Positions 44,340 to 57,605 of a stretch of 64,000 nucleotides of DNA are shown in pieces. Made by a program: the position numbers and the translations under genes. Source of the stretch: the human T2T-CHM13v2.0 reference genome, Homo sapiens. The DNA lies in assembly GCF_009914755.1 (NCBI RefSeq), contig NC_060938.1; one strand, 5' to 3'. The first letter of the stretch is position 1; each line of letters begins with the position of its first letter. The notes beneath the pieces are model-generated. The model ran no database searches and was not told the origin of the DNA. It saw only the letters and a program-made list of their open reading frames with translations.

Positions 44340-45440
44340 AGAGTGGGCTTGTTTGGTGTCTGGGTCTTCAGGGATATGTCTGAATCTGGATCTGCGAGGG
44401 TCAACCTGTTGATTGGGTCTGCAGTGATAAGCCTGGAACCCAGTTCCACTGGGATGATCCTGGAGCTTGAATCCATGGAAGCTAGACTGACATGAGGTCA
44501 GGCCTAGTGCCTGGGACCACTGGGACAGGCCTACAGCCTGAGTTCACCAGGGCTGGTCACGGCACTGGGTTTGCAGGGGTGGTCTTGTAGGCTCAGTCCA
44601 TGGAGCCAAGCCTTGCACCAAAGTCTGCTGGAGTGGACTTGGATCCTGGGTCTTCTTGAGCAGGCCTAGACTCAGGGTCATTTAGAGCCTGAGAGCAAAG
44701 GAATCATCCTGGATCCTGGAGTTGGCCTTTTCCTGTGGCTAGTGTAGAGACTGGATTCTCAGAAGCTAGTTGGGAACCTAGGATCATAGGTCTTGCTTGA
44801 TGCCTGGAACCACTGGGGCTGGGCCTGGAGCCTGTGGTTACTGGTGCCAGACTAGAAACTGGATGCGCAGATGCTGAAATAGGGTCTAGGTCTGCAACAG
44901 CAGGCCTGAATCCTGGGGTCTCTGAGACCAGCCTGGAACCTGGGTACATAGGTCAGTCCTGGGTCTGTGCAGACCGGTTCAGCGCTGGGGTCTAATGCAG
45001 GCCTGGGCTCCGAATCTGCTAAAGCTTAGGTCCACACGGGCTGGCCTTGCACTGGGAAGACTTGGAGCCTGCTTCTGTGGGGATAGACCTGACACTGGGG
45101 CTTGCCCAGAGCCTGGGGCTGCAGGATCTTGCTTGGCATTCACATGGGCATGGAGGCTTAGTCCACAGTTGCTGGCCTGGAGCCTGGGGCCTCAGGTGCC
45201 TGGAGTCAGTATCTGAAGAGGCTAGGACCACAGGTGCTGGCCTGATGACTAGGGTTGTGGGGGTTTGCCTCGTGCTGGGGCAGGTTTGAAGCCTGTGGCC
45301 ATAGTGGGTAAACTAGTGTTGAGGGTGATTTGAAGCCTGAGGCTGCTGTCAGCCTGGTGTTGGGGCAGGCCTGAAGGCTCAGTTTAGGTACTTGCCACCT
45401 GGAGTATAAGGGTATGGGGGCCTTCACAGTGTTTGGTTTT
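44340..45440. repeat. Degenerate GC-rich tandem array within the ancient L1 5'UTR
   Basis: Recurring gcctggagcctg / ggtccac / ggggct-like units roughly every 25-30 bp. Confidence 0.65.
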
Positions 45441-46642
45441 ACTGGAGAAGGCCTGGTTTTGAGATCCAAAACAAAGCTTAGTGTTTCTTTTTCTTTTTTC
45501 TTTTTTTCTCCTAGGTGGAGGGTATCTTTCCATGCTATGCTGTTTGAGGTTCAAGGAGGGGTGACATAAGTAACGTAAAACTATCCTTGCTACCGTCTTC
45601 AATGTGTCTTTTCTTATCTGTGCTATACCCAGGTGCTGTAATCTCTTACTTGGCTTCCTTAGCTTTTGTGAACTTATTTTTGTACATTATAGCTGTTAAA
45701 ATTGATGTTTCTGTGGGGAGATGAGTGCTGGAGAGCCCTATTGTGCCATCTGGCTGACATCCCCTTAATACGTTCTTAAATAAATTAATTAATGACTGCC
45801 TTCCTTATGGAAATGTAATGAATACAAAAGTTTGAATACTAAAGAAATCAACAATGGGTGCCATTTAATTAAGCCTCTAGGTACAGTGCCATTCCATTTT
45901 TTCTTTTCTCTGTTTTCCAGCGTTTTCAAGGCATGACAAATAATTTTTGTTTAGTATGTAAGACTAAGCATTAAGCATTTCAGGCTGAGGATCCCAGTCA
46001 AGACAAGCCCTTTCTGCTATGCATATTGCTGCCTCTCCCCAGCTCAGAAACAAGTTGCAATTCCACCTTTCTCATTGTCTTGTCTACATTATCGATTATA
46101 AAGCCCCTCTCATTTGTGTCAGCCTCATAACCCTACCTTTTGACTAATTTCTAACAACATGAGTAAATAATTCAGATTTCCTGGCGAATTCCTCACCCCT
46201 ATATTTACTGCAGAAGGAATCAACTAATAAAATTGGCAAAGATAGAATTGATCGAGTCTCCCAGTTGAACACATATTACCTTCAGAGTATAATTAGGACT
46301 TTTAATGAAAACAAACAAAATATTTCTTAAAACCATAAAAAATACAGTACGCCAACATCTGGTCCACAGGAATAGGTCTGGGAATTTCTTCTGTCTGGAC
46401 TTGACTGACCTTTGCACCCTGAAAGCATCCCAAAGTGCACTGCAGAAAGACAGCACAAGCAAGGATGCAGTGGGAGTGAGGTATCCTGAAAAAAGCCCGT
46501 GCATGCATTTCTGTGCACTGGAGTAGGTGACTAATTGTAGGACTCTTCAGAGGTAGCAATCAGCCTCTAGAAAAATACCACTCTGTCTGAGGTTCAAAAC
46601 TCTTGCAGCTTGAATTTACAGCTAGGAATGTGGTTATAGAAG

Positions 46643-47047
46643 TGTTTTAGTCCAGTTTCTATTGCTGTAACAGAATACTGAGGATGAGTAATTTATACAG
46701 AGAAGAGATTTATTAATAAGCTCATGGTCCTGGAGACTGGGAGGTCCAAGATCGAGTGGCCACATTTGGTCAGATTCTGGTGAGGGTCTCATGCTCTTGC
46801 ATAGCGTGGTGGAGAAGTGGAAGGGTAAGTTAATACATAAACAAGGAGACCTAACATAAGAAGCAGGCCCACTTTAAAACAACTCACTTTCACAGTAACA
46901 AGGAAGAACTCAGTCCTTTGATAAAGGCATGAACCCTTCTTAATGACTTAATCGTCTCTTAAAGGAACCACCTCCCCGTATAATCACATTTGGTACCAAG
47001 CCTCAACATGAGCTATTGTGGAGACAAACCATATCATAAACATAACA
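46643..47047 (-). mobile_element. MST/MLT1A-type solo LTR
   Basis: tgttttagtcc...tgctgtaacagaatactgag...ggagactgggaggtccaagatc...acataaca. Confidence 0.8.
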
Positions 47048-47679
47048 GAAAGGGAAAAAGTAAATGGAGAATGTAGGAGAGGGGAGGAATATGATGACTA
47101 GAGCTGGTCTGATGTATTTTAAGTTTATTTTATTATCATAAAGTTAGGATTCTTGAAATTGATATGATAATTTATGCATAGTAGAAATTCTTGTTTGGTG
47201 TTAATTAGTGCTATTTTTAATAGGCCCCAAAAGCAAAATGCATAAAAGTAGAAGAGACACTAGAGATATGTATTTTTACTGCTCATTTATGGTGTGTGAC
47301 TAGAGGGAAGAGGTTGGGAAGAATGAGAAGAGTAATATTTTACATCACTTTTAGGTAGCTTCAGTTCTTGCATTTATGCCTTGGAAAACCACCTTTTGCC
47401 AATTCAAGACTTTACTTCGTATTTTTTTCCTCCCTACTTTATTCTTAAGCTCACAGAGAATATAAAGAAAAGTTAGAAATGAACCCTTTATTAAATTACA
47501 TGAGAAAAAAACATTCTGATTCTTGTTTTTGACTTTTCTCTCTCTCTTTTCATTTTAAAAATCATCAAAAATCAGATCATGGCAGCTTATATTCCAAAAG
47601 CTGGGCTGAATAGTAATACACTGAACTCACCTGGCCTCTAAGCTTGCCTCAGTAATTCTCTAAATAATATCCTGGTTGG

Positions 47680-47900
47680 CAGAGTAGAGTAGTGGCTAAG
47701 AGGGTGGATTTTGCAGGTTGGCAGCCTAGTTTCATAACTCATCTCTGTACTTTCTTAGGTGTGAACTTTAGAAAAGCAGTGAACCTCTCCATGCCTGTTT
47801 CTCCACTAATAAAATAGAAATATTGGTAGCACCTACCTTCTTGTGATTAAATAAAAGCACTTAGCACAATGCCTGGCACATAGCAAACAAACATTAGCCA
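47680..47900 (+). mobile_element. MIR SINE
   Basis: gtagtggctaagag...aacctctccatgcctgtttctc...aagcacttagcacaatgcctggcacatag. Confidence 0.75.
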
Positions 47901-50149
47901 CTGTTGTAATGTTAACTATGTCAATTACCATTTGGACACATTCACAGGACCAAGGATATTAGAGCAAGGAGGTTCTTATAAATCAACTCATCTATCAGCT
48001 GTTGTTTGTGGGAACCCCATGGAACTGCACAATTTTATATACATAAAGGATGCTGAATATAGGAGGGTAAAGAACTGAATCCATGTGAAAGAAGATTAAT
48101 GACATCTAAGTCTTGTCTAGTTTCCTATCTTTGATGGGAGACTCAAGGCGATTCAGTGATTATTGTTTTTTGGCTCCAATCATCTAGGTTCAGGCTTACT
48201 ACCTGGCAACATTGAATCTTTGTCTATTTTCTATCCAGAGCCCAGAATGAAACTAGTTCTGAAACATTGTTTTCCAGAGTGAGCCTATTCAAGCTGTAGT
48301 GAGGAAGTAGAACCATCTTTCCATATGGTGTTGTTAGCCACACCAAACGTGATTACTAATTGTGTAACAAATGACCATAGATTATACTATTTCTTTTTTT
48401 TTTTTCATCTGAGCTTTGGATAAATGGGAAGGTGATGTTTACCTCATTTGTTAACCATCAATGGCTATAAGATTTAGCAGATGTAGAGGGAGTTATAGTT
48501 ACACAGGTGTAAATTATCCATGGAAATAACCCTCCACCTAGTTCTCAGCTGTTAGAATTCATTAAAATTACTCTGGGACAAGTGATAAATCTGTTGGCAA
48601 GCATCATAGAGAAGGGGTAAATTTTCAGAATCTGATTTAAATATTCTACAAATATTATGTGCATACTTTGTGTTAGAGATTTATAATCTATCTTTTCTTT
48701 CAAACATTACAAGTATTTAAAAGATGATATTCCTCAGAAAAAAATGGAGCAAGAGATGCAATGGAATTGGAACTTAGGTGTGTCAGTTATCAGATCCTCT
48801 ATTTTTTCTGATTAATTTTTTGCTGCCACAACACATGGATATGGGAACTTGGCTTTAGTTAGCTGAAGGAAGCTTCTTTCAATAAGTGATGACATCATAT
48901 TTGTCAACATTGCTAATAAGTGTTCACCCTATCAGTTGATTGAACAGAAAGAATGAGAGTGGGGGCTCCAAAGTTAGTTTTTGGCTCAGTAATGTTGCCT
49001 GGAGACATCAATGACATGTGTTTCTAAGAGAGTTTTGTTGGCGATAAGGGAAAAAAATTTCCTGGAATTCATTTAACAAGTATCTAGTGAGTTCCTACTG
49101 TGTGCTGTGCATTGTTCTAAGCAAAGGCAATAGAGTGTAAAATTTATAACGATTCCTGCGTTTAGAATGCTTTTTATGCATTCTTTTACATCGTCAAATA
49201 CTTTTTCTTATAGACTACTATTTGAAAACCATTTAAACTCATTACTGCTTTTTGATGCTTTTAGTGCCTGCTATAAGGAAACTTTTATTAGGCAACTTTA
49301 AATCTAGCCAGTTTACCACTTACTAATTATTGAATCAGGAACTACCAGACAGTAAGAGCTTTAGGCATTAAAGCAAGAGTAAACAGAATTTTATCTCATT
49401 AGATTGTTAGGGGAAATGGATCTTTTCTTCCTTTTCTTTTTTTAAAAAAATACCATTATAAAATGAGTATCTCAAATCTTATCTGTGGTGATTTCCAGAC
49501 GCTGCTTGCTTTTGCAATTTAATGCATTGCAGCAGCCATTTTGCTAACTTTTCTTCATGTCACTGTTCTCCAGTTTAATCTTCAGATGATTTTTCTTTGT
49601 ATAAGCTAAAATACTATCTCATTAAAATTATCTTAACATGGTTGAGTACTCAGGGTAGAGAGACTTAGGTTTTAGTCCCAGAATCACAATTTATCAGAAA
49701 AGTAACAGGAAACAAGCTAGTTAAACATTCTGGGGTGAGTTTCCTCATATTTTTAGTTTTTTTTCTTTGAAAATTAAAAAGAGAATAATTAATGAAAGTT
49801 GTTTTTCAGATTGCCCAAAACTAGTATGTTAATACTAGTTTAACTATTTTTATTTACACTTTCTTTGGAAATATGTATTTTCTTTTCCAAACTAGATTAT
49901 CACATCTTTTATGTCATAAATATTGTCACACACCTTTTAAAATCTCCTGATACATTATTATGCTAGTAATACATGTTTGGTGAAATTTTGAGTGACTTTA
50001 AGACAGGAATGAGCGGAAATAATGTGAGGAATTAATTCACTCATTTTAGCTATTTGCATTCATGAGGCATTTTTCTGTCTAAAAGAGGAAGGAGGAGTTT
50101 TGATTGAGGGCAAGGCTAGGAAGAAAATGCATATAAAGAATAAAATGGA

Positions 50150-50447
50150 GGCTGAGCATAGTGGCTCATGCCTGTAATCTCAGCACTTTGGGAGGCCAAG
50201 ACGGGCAGATCACCTGTGGTTGAGACCAGCCTAGGCAACATGGTGAAACCACGTCTCTACCAAAAAATACAAAAATTAGCTGGGCATAGTGACACATGCC
50301 TGTAATCCCAGCTTCTTGGGAGGCTGAGATTTGACAATTGCTTGAATCCGGGATGTGGAGGTTGCAGCAAGCTGAGATCGTGCCATTGCACTACAGTCTG
50401 GGCTACAGAGAGAGACTCTGTCTCAAAAAAAAAAAAAAAAAAAAAAA
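50150..50447 (+). mobile_element. Alu (S/J) with small deletion in the left arm
   Basis: Dimer with long A-tail; gatcacctgtggttgagacc lacks the caggag segment. Confidence 0.92.
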
Positions 50448-50531
50448 GAAATGGGAAACAACTATCACTTGGTACCTTGACTGATTTCCAGCTTCTGCAG
50501 AGAGGAAGGGTGGGAGGTTAGTCTTTAGGAG

Positions 50532-51098
50532 TGTATTAGTTCATTGTTGTACCCAATATATTACACCCAATATTATAATTATACCCAATATTATAATTCT
50601 TATACCCAATATTATAATTCTTATACCTAGTATTACAATTCTTTAATTATAAAGAAATACAAGGATGAACTAATACTCTCCTAAAGAGTATATTAGTTCA
50701 CTCTGGGTAACTTATAAAGAAAAGAGGTTTACTTAATACAGTTCCACAGGCTGTAAAGGAAGCATGATACTTAATACAGTTCCACAGTCTGTAAAGGAAG
50801 CATCTGCCCAGCTTCTACGGAGGTCTCAGGAAGCTTACAATCATGGTGAAGGTGACCAGGGAGCAGGCACATGGCAGGAGCAGCAGCAAGATAGGAGGTG
50901 GTGCCATACATGTTTAAAGTATAAGATTTTGTGAGATCTCACTCAACGATCATGAGGACAGTACCAAGAGGGATGTTGCTAAACCATTCATGAGAACCAC
51001 CCCCATGATCCAAACACCTCCCACCAGGCCCCGCCTCCACCATTGGTGATTATAATTAACATGAGATTTGGGCAGGGACACAGATCCAAGCCATATCA
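50532..51098 (-). mobile_element. MSTA solo LTR with complex internal insertions
   Basis: tgtattagt...aagccatatca; exact TSD aggag at 50527-50531 and 51099-51103. Confidence 0.88.
50550..50643. repeat. AT-rich minisatellite, ~21-bp unit tatacccaatattataattct, ~5 imperfect copies
   Basis: Visible directly. Confidence 0.9.
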
Positions 51099-51479
51099 AG
51101 GAGTAAGTGGAATTGTGTTGGGGAGCATATGAAAAAGCAAGGCATACTTAGAGAAGATGATGTTGTCCTCACCTTTGTAAGGAGCTCAACAGTACTCAGA
51201 AATTCTAACAATTCAAAACTTTGGAATATCCTGAGATAACAGCCCAATAATGAACATTTGTTCTTTCATAATAGGTTGTAGAAGTGTTTAAGAGTCTGAG
51301 AGTAGCTTCTAGGGGCAATGTGCAAGGACAAGTGTGAGAGTATTGGGTATTTTTTGTGCACAATAACCCACCTTTTTGGTCATACCTTGAAGGCATTATA
51401 TTAAAAAAGCTAATTTTTAGTATTCAAATATTGGCAGTGTTCTGCTTTCAGAACAGGAAGTCACAAAATCAAGTGAAAC

Positions 51480-51730
51480 TGAACTTCTGCTCAGGGAACA
51501 TGCAGTAGACATACTTCTTTCTATTGCTCTTGTTAAGTACAAAAAAATCTAGAAAAAACATTAGAGAACTCTTTAAAATGGAGAGAAGACAACTAGGGGC
51601 CTGAAGACCCAAGGAACAACATGGTATTGAGTTGCCTGGGTTTTTGTTATGCTCCAAACTTGGAGCTAAACTTGGAGCTAAAGAAGCTAGCAATCTAAAC
51701 ATGCCAAAAAGTACAGGAGACAATAATAGC

Positions 51731-51774
<44 letters not shown>

Positions 51775-52000
51775 AATCCTGCTGTCTTTACCTACAGGAC
51801 CAGAATAATAGAAGCCTAGGAAGGCAGAAAACTTATGAATTTAATTCCAGCCAAACTCCACAGAAAAATCTGCACCCCCATTTCCATCACCAGCAGCAAA
51901 AACCATGTGCCGAGTTTACACCTCAACTTCTTACCAGTCATATATAAGAAACCTCCAAATCCATCACTAGTGTGGTACTGAAGGGCAAGTAGAGAGCCGG
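51480..52000 (+). mobile_element. Probable ancient L1 (L1MC-type) 5' end fragment
   Basis: cttctgctcagggaacatgcagtagacatac...ctaggggcctgaagacccaaggaacaacatgg resembles L1MC 5' ends. Confidence 0.45.
51731..51772 (+). repeat. (AAC)n microsatellite, ~14 units
   Basis: Visible directly; explains the poly-Leu ORF 51469-51774. Confidence 0.95.
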
Positions 52001-53446
52001 GACTTAAAAAAAATTGTAGGTACATAGTAGTTGTATATATTAATGGGGCACATGAGATATTTTAATATAGGCATACAATGCATAATAATCATGTCAGGGT
52101 AAATGGGATATCAGTCAACTCAAGCATTTATTCTTTCTGTTACAAACAATACAATTATACTCTTTTAGTAATTTTAAGATGTACAATAAATTATTATCGA
52201 TTATAGTCACCCTGTTGTGCTGTCAAATTCTAGATCTTATTCATTCTACCTAGTGATATTTTTGTACCATTAACCATCTTCCCTACCCCTGCCCCACTAC
52301 CCCACCTCTGGTAACCATGATTCTACTCCATGAGTTCAGTTGTTTAAATTTTTAGCTCCCATAAATAAGTGAGAATATGCAAATGTGTCTTTCCATGACT
52401 GGTTTATTTCACTTAACATGATGACTTCCAGTTTCATCTATGTTGTTGCAAATGATAAGATCTCACTCTTTTCTATTGGCTGAAGAATACTCCATTGTGT
52501 ATATACACCACATTTTCTTTATCCATTAGTCTGTTGAGGGAAACTTAGGTTGCTTCAAAATCTTGGCTATTGTGAATAATGCTGCAGCAAACAAGGTAGT
52601 GCAGATATATCTTTGATAGGCTGGTCTCCTTTTTTGGGTATATATTCCTAGTGATGGGATTACTGGATCATTTGGTAGCTCTATTTTTATTTTTTTGGGG
52701 AACCTCCAAACTGCTCTCCACAGTAGTTGAACTAATTTCCATTAACCCCAACAGTGTATGAGGGTTCCCTTTTCTCCACACCCTCATTAGTATTTGCTAT
52801 TGCCTGTCTGTTGGATAAAAGGCATCTTAACTGGGGTAAGTTGATATGTCATGGCAGTTTCAATTTGCATTTCTCTGATGATCAGTGATGTTGGGCACCT
52901 TTTCATATCCCTGTTTGCCATTTCTATTGCCTTCCTTTGAGAAATGTTTATTCATATATTTTGACCATTTTTAAATTATATTATCAGATTTTTTCATATA
53001 GGATTGTTTAAGCTACTTATACATTCTGGTTATTAATCCCTTGCCAGATGGGTAGTTTGCAAATATTTTCTCCCATTCTGTGTGTTATCTCTTCACTTTG
53101 TTGATTGCTTCCTTTGCTGTACAGAAGCTTTTTAACTTGATGTGATCTCATTTGTCTATCTTTGCTTTGGTTGCCTGGGCTTGTGGGGTATTACTCAAGA
53201 AATCTGTACCAACTCCTATGTCCTGAATATTTCCCTCAATGTTTTCATGTAGTAGTTTCATAGTTTGAGGTCTTATATTTAAGTTTTTAATCCATTGTGC
53301 TTTGATATTTGTATATGGTGAGAGATAGGCATCTAGTTTCATTCTTCTGCATATGGATTTCCAATTTTCTCAGCACCATTTATTAAAGGGACTGTCCTTT
53401 CCTGATGTAAGTTCTTGCTACCTTTGTTGAAAATGAGTTTACTGTA

Positions 53447-53821
53447 TAATATGGTTAGGCTTTGTGTCTCCACCTGAATCTCATCTTGAATTGTAATCCC
53501 CATAATCCCCATGGGTCAAGGGAGAGACCAGGTAGAGGTAATTGAAACCTGGGAGCAGTTTCCCCCAAGCTGTTATCATGATAGTGAGTGAATTCTCATG
53601 AGATCTGATAGTTTTACAAGGGGCTTTTCGTCTTTTGCTCAGCATTTCTTCCTGCTACATTGCAAAGGAGATGGCTTACTTCCCCTTCACCTTCCACCAT
53701 GATTGTAAGTTTCCTGAGGCTTCCCAGCCATGCTGAACTATGAGTCAACTAAACCTCTTTCATTTATAAATTACCCAGTCTTGGGCAGTTCTTTATAGCA
53801 GTATGAAAATGAAGTAATACA
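53447..53821 (+). mobile_element. THE1C/D solo LTR
   Basis: atatggttaggctttgtgtc...attacccagtcttgggcagttctttatagc...taataca; exact TSD ctgta. Confidence 0.9.
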
Positions 53822-54322
53822 CTGTAGATGTATGCATTTGCTTTTGGTTTCTCTATTCTGTTCCATTGGTCTATGTGTCTGTTTTTGTGCCAATACCATG
53901 CTGTTTTCGTAACTATAGCTTTGGAGTGTAATTTGAACTCAGGTAACGTGGTTCTTCCAGTTTTGTTCTTTTTGCTCAGGATAGCTTTGGCTATTCTGGG
54001 TCTTTTGTGGTTCCATATAAAATTTAGGATTTATTTTTTGTTTCTGTGATGAATGTCGTTATTTCGATAGGAATTTCATTGAATCTATAGTATCAATCCA
54101 TTCAATGCATAAAAATGTAATATCTTTCCTTTTTTTGTGTCCTTTTCAACTTCTTTCATCAGTGTTTAATAGTTTTTATTATAGAGATCTTTCACTTCTT
54201 TTGTTAGGTTAATTCCTAGGTATTTTATTTTTCTTTATTTTGTTTGTAGCTATTGTAAATGGTGTTATTTCCTGATTTGTTTTTCAGATTGTTCAGTGTT
54301 GGCATATAGAAATGTTAGTGGT

Positions 54323-54614
54323 GGCCAGGCGTGGTGGCTCATGCCTATAATCCTAGCACTTTGGGAGGATGAGGCAGGTGGATACCTGAGGTCAGGTGTT
54401 CGAGACCAGCCTGGCTAACATGGCGAGACCCCATCTCTATTAAAAATACAAAATTTAGCTGGGCGTGGTGGCTCATGACTGTAATCTCAGCTACTTGGGA
54501 GGGCTGAGGCAGGAGAATTGCTTGAACCCAGGTGGCAGAGGTTGCAGTGAGCCAAGATTGTGCCACTGCACTCCAGTCTGGGCAACAGAGTGAGATTCCG
54601 TCCCCCCCAAAAAA
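54323..54614 (+). mobile_element. AluS
   Basis: Full dimer; TSD aaatgtta(g/c)tg. Confidence 0.95.
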
Positions 54615-57198
54615 ATGTTACTGACTTTTCTGTTGATGTTGTATCTTGCAGCTTTACTGAACTTGTTTGTCAGTTCTAATAGTTTTTTTCGTGGAATCTT
54701 TAGGTTTTTCCAAATATAAGACCATGTCATCTGTGAATAAGGATAATTTGAGTTCTTCCTTTCCAATTTGGATGCCCTTTATTTCTTTCTCTTGTCTGAT
54801 TGCTCTAGGTAGGACTTCTAGTACTATGTTGAATAACAGAGGTGAAAGTGGGCATCCTTGGGGTATTCCATATCATAGAGGAAAGCCTTTTAGTTTTTTT
54901 CTCTTCAGGATGATGCTAGCTGTGGGTCTGTCATATATGGCTTCCATTGTGTTGTGGTATGTTCCTTAGGTACCCACGTTTTTTAGGATTTTTTTTAAAT
55001 TATGAAGTTCTGTTGAATTTTATCGAATGGTTTTTCAGCACCAATTAAAGTGATAATGTGGCTTTTGCTTTTCATTCTTTTAATATAATGTAACATATTT
55101 ATTGATTTGTGTATGTCAAACCATTCTTGTACCCTGGGATAAATCCCACTTGGTCATGATGAATAATCTTTTTAATGTATTCTCAAATTCAGTTTGCTAG
55201 TGTTTTGCTGAGGATTTTTGCCTCAAAGTTCATCAGGGGTATTGGTCTGTACTTTTCTTATGTTGATGTGTCTTTGTCTGGTTTTGGTATCAGGCTTCAT
55301 AGAATGAATTTGGAAGTTTTCCCTCCTCCTCTGTTTTTTAGAATAGTTTGAGTGGGATTGGTATTAGCTGTTTTTTAACTGTTTGGTAGAATTCAGCAGT
55401 GCAGCCATCAAGTCCTGGGCTTTTTCTTGCTTGGAGATGTTTTATTATCACTTTGATATTGTTACTTGTTATTGGTTTATTCACATTTTGGATTTCTTCA
55501 TGGTTCAATTTGGTAGGTTTATGTATCTAGGGATTTATCCATTTTTTCGAGGTTTTCAAGTTTATTGGCATATAGTTGTTCATGGGTCTCTAATGATCTT
55601 TTGAATTTTTGCAGTATCAGTTGTAATATCTACCTTTTAGCCTCTGATTTTATTTATTTGAATCTTCTCTCTTTTTTTCTTAGTCTGGTCCATTTGGTCT
55701 GTGGTGTACATTAAGTCCTTTTTGTGTTGATTTTCTGTCTGGATAATCTATCTAATGCTGAAAGTGGGGTGTTAGTCTCCAGACATTATCATATTTGAAT
55801 ATATGTCTTTCTTTAGCTCTAATAATATTTGCTTTATATAACTGGGTTCTCCAGTGTTAGGTGAATACATATTTGCAATTGTTATATCCTCTTGCTGGAT
55901 TGATACAGTTATCATTATATAATGACCTTCTTTGTCTCTTACAGTTTTTGTCTTATGATATATTTTGTCTGTTATAAGTATAGCTACTCTTGTCTTTTTT
56001 GGCTCATGTTGGCATGGAACATATTTTTCTATCCCTTTATTTTCAGTCTATATGTGTCTTTACATGTGAAGTGTGTTTCTTGTAGGCAACAGATCATCGG
56101 GTCTTAGTTTTTTAATCCATTCAGCCACTCCTCTATTTTTTAAATCCATTCAGCCACTCTATTTTTTAAATCTATACGGCCTTTCAATTGGAGAATTTAG
56201 TCCATTTACCTTCAATGTTATTTTTGATAAGTAAGGACTTATTCCTGCTATTTTGTTATTTCCTTTTTGATGGTTTTGTGGTCTTATCTTCCTTCTTTAC
56301 CTCCTTCCTGTCTTCCTGTTAGTAAACATGATTTTCTCTGGTGGTATGTTTTAATTTCTTGCTTTTTATTTTTTGTGTATTCATTTTATGTTTTTTTCAT
56401 TTGAAGTTTTCATGATACTTATAAATACTATCTTATAACCCATTGTTTTAAAGTGATGATGACAACACTAATTTTATAAACAAACAAGCAAAGAGAGAAC
56501 TAATAAAACTCTGTACTTTTCATTTTTTACATAAAAGGAAAAAAAATCCTAAAATTTCTGTGGAAAAAAAGAGCCAGAATATACAATGCAATCCTGAGCA
56601 AAACAAGCAGAGCTGGATGCATCACACTGCAGACTTCAAAATATATTATAAGGCTATAGTAAACAAAACAGCATGGCATTGTTATAGTAATAGACACATA
56701 GACCAATGGAACAAAATAGAGAAACTAGAAATAAAGCCACATATTTACAACCAACTTGTTTTTAACAAAGGCCCCAAGAAAATACACTGGGGAAAAAACA
56801 TTATCCTCAATAAACAGTGGTGGGAAAATTGTATATCCTTGTGCAGGAGAATGAAACTGAATCCTTTCTCTCACCATATACAAAAATCAACAAAGATGGA
56901 TCAAAGGTTTAAACATAAGGCCTTAAACTATAAAACTACTAGAAGAAGCATAGTGAAAAATACTTTAGAACATTGGTCTAGGCAAAGATCTTAAAAGCAC
57001 AGACAACTAAAAGAAAAATGGACAAATGGGACTATATTAAACTAAAAAGCTTCTGCAAAGCAAAGGAGACAATCAACAGAGTGAAAAGGCACCTGCTGAA
57101 TGAGAGAAAATATTTGAGAACTGTTTATCTGACAAGAGACTAATATACAGAATATATAAGCAACTCAAGCAACTCAATAATAATGATAAAAACAGCCA

Positions 57199-57512
<314 letters not shown>

Positions 57513-57605
57513 TCATTAAAAAGTGGGCAAAGGACATGAATAGACTATTCTCAAAAGTAGACATTCAAATGGCTAGCAAGTATATAAAAAATGCTCAATA
57601 TCACT

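Larger units (their letters stand above)
52006..56520 (-). mobile_element. L1MA2/3-like LINE, 3' end to inter-ORF region, with internal deletions
   Basis: Antisense 3'UTR (gtaggtacatagtag...gggtaaatggg) and ORF2 remnants (ORF 53148-53342). Confidence 0.85.

Noticed and set aside
50550-50643. CRISPR-like array
   Set aside because: Head-to-tail AT-rich minisatellite without unique spacers, in primate DNA
51469-51774. Poly-Leu ORF resembling a signal peptide
   Set aside because: Translation of the (AAC)n/(TTG)n microsatellite with a non-ATG start
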